From positions 365,428,001 to 365,492,000 of the forward strand of contig NC_091283.1 in the NCBI RefSeq assembly GCF_032444005.1: a stretch of 64,000 nt of DNA. The letters run 5' to 3'. The position numbers were made by a program, and so were the translations under genes. The DNA is from Ranitomeya imitator (lineage: Eukaryota). Positions within the stretch are counted from its first letter, which is position 1; every line of letters begins with the position of its first letter. A model generated the notes under the pieces. That model was not told where the DNA came from and did not search any database. It saw only the letters and a list, made by a program, of their open reading frames with translations. This document shows positions 55,420 to 64,000 of this stretch, in pieces.

Positions 55420-57926
55420 GTTCTATTAAAGTGACATATTCTGGCACCGATGCGGGCTAGAGATATAAGAGCTATATATACCAGATCTCCATTGATAGAT
55501 CTATCACTCCCTGACACCGCTAGCAGCTAAACGCAACTAGGGCAAAGTACGGATTTCTCAGTATCGGTTCAGGTAATTGCTCCGTGTTTACACTTAAAAA
55601 AATCACCCCAATGTGGCACACCTTGTGATCCGGGTGTATTCTGGATATGAGATTCCTACAGCGAGCTAGGCATAGAAAATAGTTTTCCTAAGTCTAAGTA
55701 AAGGGGAGGTTTCAGCCCCTAATTGATGTCACCGCAGGGGGAGTGCCTGGGTTTTAGGCTAAGAAACAAGTAGTGAAGTGAGCAGTCTTCTGGAGTCTTT
55801 TTGCACGGATCCAGCTGCTCTATAGATGTGACATGCATCTTGATGGATCTCCTGAGCACATGGGCAAACAGGAGATGAAATGATCTAAAAGCTATGTAAG
55901 TGTTTTTTCAATTTTAATCCTTTTATTTGTAATGTACACATGATTTTGCCTTCTTTATAATATCTTTTTTATACCTTGTAAACACTGCCTGCCTTTTTTT
56001 TGGAGTAAAATACAAAATTACTAGCTTGTCTCTCAATGCTCTAAACGAACTGTTGCATCCTCTGAAGTGAGTTATGCTACTGATTGGGTTGGCTCCGGAC
56101 CCGTCAATACTTTGAAAATCGGAGCTGGTGTCAGCATACATTGTTCTGTGCGTTTGGGAGGCTTTTGTAGCGATGGCGGTGTTCATAATTATTGTTCCCC
56201 CCTCAGTGGGAGTAGTTATATCACCCTTGCTGCAGCGAACCGAATAGCCAGTACATAGCAGGCAGCCTTTCTGGCAACTAATTACCCTAGGTGTAGTACC
56301 CTGACTGACCTAAGGGTAAGGGGGCGCCAGAGAGCTGCAAGTTCCAAACCGGAACTGGGAAGTAGGATATGGATAAATCCCCTTCAGAAGGAACCAGGGG
56401 AAACCAAACAACCACGATTCGGGACAAATTGGTGTGAGTGGTGGGGATGATAAAGGTATCTTCCCCGTGACATAGTGGTGGGATCCCTGACATCCGGTGG
56501 GATCCGTGGCAGTGTAAATCTCTCTATATAAGCCCAGAGAAACATGACTGAGATAGAAGCAGAAACTTGCGTACCTGTATACGTGTACGGTGTTGTGATG
56601 TCTGCTCAAGTGGTGATGCCCGTGCAGTGTTGTGAATTTCCCAGGGGTTTCTTGGTGTTGCTTCGTTGATATTCCAGACGGATGATGTTTAAAAGCCTCT
56701 TGGTGACGATGTGAGTATATGTACTTAATCTTTATATATACTGTAGTGTAGCAGTAGCACCCTGTGCAGTAATGAGGCAGTGACCCAGCAAAGTTCAAAA
56801 CAAAACATCTCTTTAATGTTCAACTCAAAAAACAGTACACGATATCCTCCGGAACGCAGCTAGGAAACAGGACAGTCCACCTCCGGATCGCAGCCGGGAA
56901 CAAGACAGTCCACCTCCTGTTCACAGCCAGGCACATATCCTCTGGATTACAGTCACTAAATATGCCTGTCCACCTCTAAACTTTTGCTGTGGGCAACTGC
57001 ACAGCCGTGTTAATGTAATGTACAACATTACGCAGTACACGATATCCTCCGGGTCGCAGCCAGGAACCATATTCTCCAGTTTATAGTCACTAAACAGGCC
57101 AGTCCACCTCCTGAGCCCAGTTGCCATGGGCGACTGCACCACTGTGTATGCTGTGGGGTGCCAGGTTTTCCAGCTGCCTTGGCTCCGCCGGCCTGTTTTG
57201 CTGATGAGGTTGCATTCTTACAGAAAGTGAAAATGGAGAAAGGTAAAGAGTCTGACACTGCGAAGGGTTACTGCTGTCTTTCCAGTTTCTAACATTGTAG
57301 CCAGTACTGGTCAGCAGCAAGCAGATGTCTTTGGGACTAAGTCCTACTTTTCCCCTTCTGAGCATGCCCAGGGTAAGATCTCTCATTAGAGATCAAGAGT
57401 CACATGCTCAGGTACTGCAGCTATTCCCATTGGTCCTTTTTTGGAAGGTCCTGTAGTTGCTGCAGCTATATAAGCTGCGCATGTCCGCATGGCCATGCAC
57501 TAGTATCTTTCTGTGTTATATGCTTTGTGCCAGTGTGGTCATGTGAGATTGCATTCAGGGACCCGGCTGAAATAAGCCCCTAGAATACTGGCACCTCCGG
57601 TGAGGAGATTGTGTGTTAGAGTGTATTCAGGGACCTGGCTGAAATAAGCCCCTAGAATGCTGGCACCTCCGGCAAGGAGTTTTGTGTGCATGCATGACCA
57701 CTGACTGCTCTTTGTTGGGCAGTTAGCCTGTGCTCCTGTGAAGTCTAACAGGGCGCAGTGCTTTCCTTTCACGGCTTCTCTGTGAAGTAACAGAGCTAGT
57801 ATATACCGCCAAATAGTGCCACCATTTACTAGCAGCAGGTTCTCCTGCACGGTGGACCCCGGGCTGCGAACGCATCAATAATAATAAACATCTATATTTA
57901 CTCGGTGCGTTCCGCTAACCCTAACA
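55420..57926. mobile_element. Patchwork of LTR-like sequences with short internal duplications
   Basis: TGTAGTACC at 56292; AATAAA then ...CTAACA at 57926; duplicated 48-bp block at ~57552 and ~57624. No target duplication confirmed. Confidence 0.35.
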
Positions 57927-58333
57927 AAGAGGGAAAGTAATCCTCCTCTTGACCCAGTGAAAGTTCATCCTATATATATCGTAGACGGATTGTAGAGACA
58001 GCTACAGGTACACAGAATGAGAATGCGGTAGAGGATTGCAGTCTGAAGGAGCTTAATGACCTTCATGATCGTTTTTCTCAGAAGCCAAATGAACCGCTGG
58101 TAGCGTGGGCAGTCAGATTATGGATGAGCGCTGTGGATGGCCCAAAATGTATCCAACTCAGTCATGAACCTATAGTGAAGGTGGTATTCCGTACCTTGAT
58201 AATCCAGCAACCACATGTGGTGTGTACTATGCTTGACATTGTGGCTATGGCATTGCAGCATAAATACCCATATGAGGCGGATTGGCTGCTGTAAAGGGGA
58301 GAGGATTTTTCCTCTAAAAATAATAACATTATA

Positions 58334-59963
<1,630 letters not shown>

Positions 59964-60904
59964 TAGTTATTAACCCCCTTCATTAACTACTATTGCCAAA
60001 CTTAAATAATTAATATCCACTTAATAATGCCTCAAAGTTATCTTTTCCTTATACTATATACTAACTGAGACAAAACAGTGTAACAATAAAGGATATTTAT
60101 TACACAAACAAGTCTGCAGTCTATAACATTATACCCAAGCTGGCGACTATAAAAAAAAAAATACACAAATATACGGATACTACAACTCTAATACAGTAAT
60201 ATCACTACAGTGTACAGTAATATCACAACAATATCACACAGTAAAAACCCACAATTAACTGCCTGAATTACCCAAATCACACATTCAATATCAGCCCTCC
60301 CATCTATAGCTTACTATCCCTAATGAGGAGTACAGGGCCTAGTAAGAAAAGGGGATACAGAGTATACTTAGCCACCATGTAAGTCCATCCTTGTCCCAGG
60401 AAGCCAGCAAGGCAATAGAGCGCAGGCCACATGCTGTTGTCCCTTTTATCTGTACAGCTAGAAGATGTGTGTCCAGCCCCAGGTGTGTGGGGATGATACC
60501 ACAGTTTATTGTCCACTGGCAAAGGTACATCCCTTTAATCCTGAATGATTACAGCAAGGTAACTATGTTACTATGGTTCTGTAGAAGGACGTAGATCTGG
60601 GGATTTATGATGGAATATAGGCTGAACTGGATGGACAAATGTCTTTTTTCGGCCTCACTAACTATGTTACTATGTTATGTTACTAAGGTGGAGGAGGGGG
60701 CCTCATGTGGAACACATGGCAGATTACAGCAAGGTGGAGGAGGAGCTTTCTGGGAACACATGTGGGGGACACAAGTGGATATACATTTTTGGGCACCTCC
60801 CTTCTACAGCTGCCCAATGAAAAACCATGGTTTACGTTAAGATTGTGCTCAGAGGTTGAAGGAGGATGTCATGAAAAATGCTGTTTCGCAAATACCTATG
60901 ATTA

Positions 60905-62358
60905 CCGTATATACTCGAGTATAAGCCGACCCGAGTATAAGCCGACCCCCCTAATTTTGCCACAAAAAACTGGGAAAACTTATTGACTCGAGTATAAGCC
61001 TAGGGTGGAAATGCAGCATTTACCGGTGAATTTCAAAAATAAAAATAGATCATTTCCCCATAGCTGTGCCATATAGTGCTCTGCACCGTTCATTATTTCC
61101 CCATAGCTGTGCCCCATATAGTGCTCTGCACCGTTCATTGTGCCCCATTGCTGTGCCCATATACGGTGCTCTGCACCGTTCATTGTGCCCCATTTCTGTG
61201 CCATATACGGTGCTCTGCACCGTTCATTGTGCCCCATTGCTGTGCCATATACGGTGCTCTGCACCGTTCATTGTGCCCCATTGCTGTGCCATATACGGTG
61301 CTCTGCACCGTTCATTGTGCCCCATTGCTGTGCCATATACGGTGCTCTGCACTGTTCATTGTGCCCCATTGCTGTGCCATATACGGTGCTCTGCACCGTT
61401 CATTGTGCCCCATTGCTGTGCCATATACGGTGCCATATGCTCCCTGCATGTCCCACATATATACACAGCTCTGCCGCCTGCATGTCTCACATATATACAC
61501 AGCTCTGCCGCCTGCATGTCCCTCATATATACACAGCTCTGCTCCCTGCATGTCCCACATATATACACAGCTCTGCTCCCTGCATGTCCCACATATATAC
61601 ACAGCTCTGCTCCCTGCATGTCCCACATATATACACAGCTCTGCTCCCTGCATGTCCCACATATATACACAGCTCTGCTCCCTGCACCGTTCATTGTGCC
61701 CCATAGAAATCTCTGCCGCCGCCGCCGCCGCTGCTGCAATAAAAAAAAAAAACACATACCTCCCTTGATTGCAGCTCCCGGCGTCTCGTTCCGGCGCCTC
61801 CATCTTCCCGGCGTCTCTGCTCTGACTGATCAGGCAGAGGGCGCCGCGCACACTATATGCGTCATCGCGCCCTCTGCCTGAACAGTCAGAGCGCAGACGT
61901 CGGGAAGATGGAGGCGCCGGCCGGGAAGATGGAGCGACGCCCGGCGGCTGGAACGAGGACAGGTGAATATGACATACTCACCTAGTCCTGGCGATCCTCG
62001 CGCTGTCCCTCTGCCTGGTCTTCGGTGCCGCAGCTCTTCCTGTCAGCGGTCACCGGCACCGCCGATTAGAGGAATGAATAGGCGGCTCCGCCCCTATGGG
62101 AGGTGGAGCCGCTTATTCATATCTCTAATGAGCGGTCCCACGTGACCGCTGAAGAGAGGAAGAAGCTGCAGCACAGAAGACGGGGAGGAAGGCAGGGACA
62201 GCGCGAGGATCGCTGGGACTAGGTAAGTATACCTCAGCGCCCTCACCCCCTCACCCGCCGACCCTGCCACCCACATTGACTCGAGTATAAGCCGAGAGGG
62301 GCACTTTCAGCCCAAAAATTTGGGCTGAAAATCTCGGCTTATACTCGAGTATATACGG
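60905..62358. mobile_element. Tc2/pogo-type non-autonomous element (same family as 17711-19368, opposite orientation)
   Basis: Identical TIRs CCGTATATACTCGAGTATAAGCCGA with TA duplication. Confidence 0.82.
61060..61710 (+). repeat. Compound minisatellite: 44-bp unit (~61060-61435) followed by 34-bp unit (~61440-61685)
   Basis: Periods 44 (61201 to 61245) and 34 (61561 to 61595). Confidence 0.92.
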
Positions 62359-62501
62359 TATATGCAAGTTGTTGTAAGTGTGTCTGTCTGTTAGAAATTG
62401 TATAATTAGAAGTGCCCCTCCAGCTTATAAACATATGACGCTTATGGTAAATTAGACTAGGAAAACAATCGCTAATACATTGGAGGCAGTTCGACAGTTA
62501 A

Positions 62502-63368
62502 GGCCTCTTTCACACTTCCGTCTTTCAGCTCCCGTCACAATCCGTAGTTTTTTTGAGAATGCAAGATCCTGCAAACAAATTTGCAGGGTCCTGCATTTTC
62601 TCTTAGACTTGTATTAGCGACGGATTGTGACGGATGGCCATCCGTTTCATCCGTCTTTCACTGGATCCTGCATTAAAAAAATGGTCCGTCGGGCAGAGAA
62701 AACGTTCAGAGGAACGTTTTTTCTGCACGTCGGAAAATCGGTCAGCGACGCATCCTGCGCTGCCCGTCACTGGCTACAATAGTAGCCTATGGGCGCAGGA
62801 TGCGTCGCTGCCTGTGAAAAGCAGGAATCCAGCGTCGGGTCCCGCCTTTTCAAAACGAGCATGCGTGGAAGAATTTCCCGTTAGGGAAATTCTCGCTCGC
62901 TCTCTTTCTCTTTTTACTATTGATGCTGCCTATGCAGCGTCAATAGTAACAAGATATAATGTTAAAAAAAAAAAAAATCGAATATTCTCACCCACTGGTG
63001 TTCCCGCGCAGTGTCACCGATGTTCCCGGCAGCTAGCGTTACTTCCTAGTAATACATTGCGACTTCTCGCAAGATTTCGCAATGTATTACTAGGAATGTT
63101 AGCTGCCGGGAGTATCGCTGCGCAGGAACGCTGGTAGGTGAGAATATTGCGATTTTTTTTAAAAAAAATTCTGGTTTGTGTTGTATATGCATTTTAGCAG
63201 CGGAAAACTGCTGCGAAGACGCATACACAACAGGTGCACATAGGCTCGACGGGTTCGTCAGAAAGACGGGCCCAGTGCACACGTTTTCCACAATCTGCAC
63301 AGGATTGGTCATTTCAACGTCTTGTCGGATCCTGTGCAGATTTGGAAGATGGAAGTGTGAAAGAAGCC
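62502..63368. mobile_element. Harbinger-type MITE with TAA target duplication and a central hairpin
   Basis: TAA|GGCCTCTTTCACACTTCCGTC ... GATGGAAGTGTGAAAGAAGCC|TAA; central palindrome ~62965-63155. Confidence 0.85.
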
Positions 63369-63735
63369 TAAGGGATCTGGGAGATTGGGGTCCCAAACAA
63401 AAGGGTAATTTTCCCTCTGAAGAGCAGCATTACGATGTCAAAAGTGAATACAATCCTAGATCCCGTATTACCCGGAAATATATGTTTATGGCCCTAATAA
63501 AGGAAGGCGTCCACAGAGATAAAATAGACAGGATTGGTACTGACAAGATATGTAAATTGTATCAAAAGAGAGGAATTAATAAAATTCCAGGTGTTTCACA
63601 TAATGAAAAGGTTTCAGTAAAGATTCTGAATCTCCACAGTGGGGGCGAGACAGGACACGGGAAGAGAGAGCGCCCACTCCTTCGTCTCTGTCAAAGCCCA
63701 CGTCAAATTGTTGATACAGGAATTTAAAGCCTAAA

Positions 63736-64000
63736 GGCCCCTTCACATTGAGCGACGCTGCAGCGATACCGACAACGATCCGGATCGCTGCAGCGTCGCT
63801 GTTTGGTCGCTGGAGAGCTGTCACACAGACCGCTCTCCAGCGACCAACGATGCCGGTAACCAGGGTAAACATCGGGTAACTAAGCGCAGGGCCGCGCTTA
63901 GTAACCCGATGTTTACCCTGGTTACCATGCTAAAAGTAAAAAAAAACAAACACTACATACTTACCTACAGCCGTCTGTCCTCCAGCGCTGCGCTCTGCTT
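63736..64000. mobile_element. Harbinger-type MITE left part with three nested hairpins (runs off the window)
   Basis: GGCCCCTTCACA start; AGCGACGCTGCAGCGAT/ATCGCTGCAGCGTCGCT, TCGCTGGAGAG/CTCTCCAGCGA and GGTAACCAGGGTAAACATCGGG/CCCGATGTTTACCCTGGTTACC. Confidence 0.75.

Noticed and set aside
63176-63727. 183-aa ORF as a standalone gene
   Set aside because: Chimeric: the N-terminal part is MITE sequence (to 63368) and the rest is ERV-like gag remnant.

Overview
Eukaryotic, repeat-saturated vertebrate DNA. The repeat families and zinc-finger gene architecture point to an anuran amphibian (inference). There is one host gene: a plus-strand KRAB/FAX-type C2H2 zinc-finger gene with six coding exons (33002-51788). 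By hand splicing these join in frame to about 668 aa with 13 fingers. Nearly everything else is nested mobile DNA. Retroelements: two DIRS1-type tyrosine-recombinase elements (one structurally complete, inside the 16-kb last intron of the ZNF gene); two Penelope-like elements plus a 257-bp micro-Penelope hairpin, all with hammerhead-ribozyme-like motifs; an apparently full-length L2 LINE with an intact 1058-aa ORF2 and a 2A-like motif; a V-SINE; L1 debris; a Gmr1-like Gypsy remnant with a SCAN-like gag; and a fragmented ERV-L-like gag. DNA elements: three Tc1 copies, hAT, Chapaev-like, Helitron, piggyBac-, Kolobok/T2-, Tc2- and Harbinger-type non-autonomous elements, several carrying minisatellites. 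The most notable signals are: (1) a 71-nt GT-AG intron that joins two DIRS gag ORFs in frame; (2) minimal hammerhead motifs and a shared target-duplication-plus-inversion architecture in the Penelope insertions; (3) the 2A-like peptide, preceded by a signal-peptide-like leader, in the intact L2; (4) a foldback Chapaev-like derivative; (5) an ERV-L-like gag that can be reassembled by removing nested insertions. Family names come from motif recognition by eye; no database searches were run.
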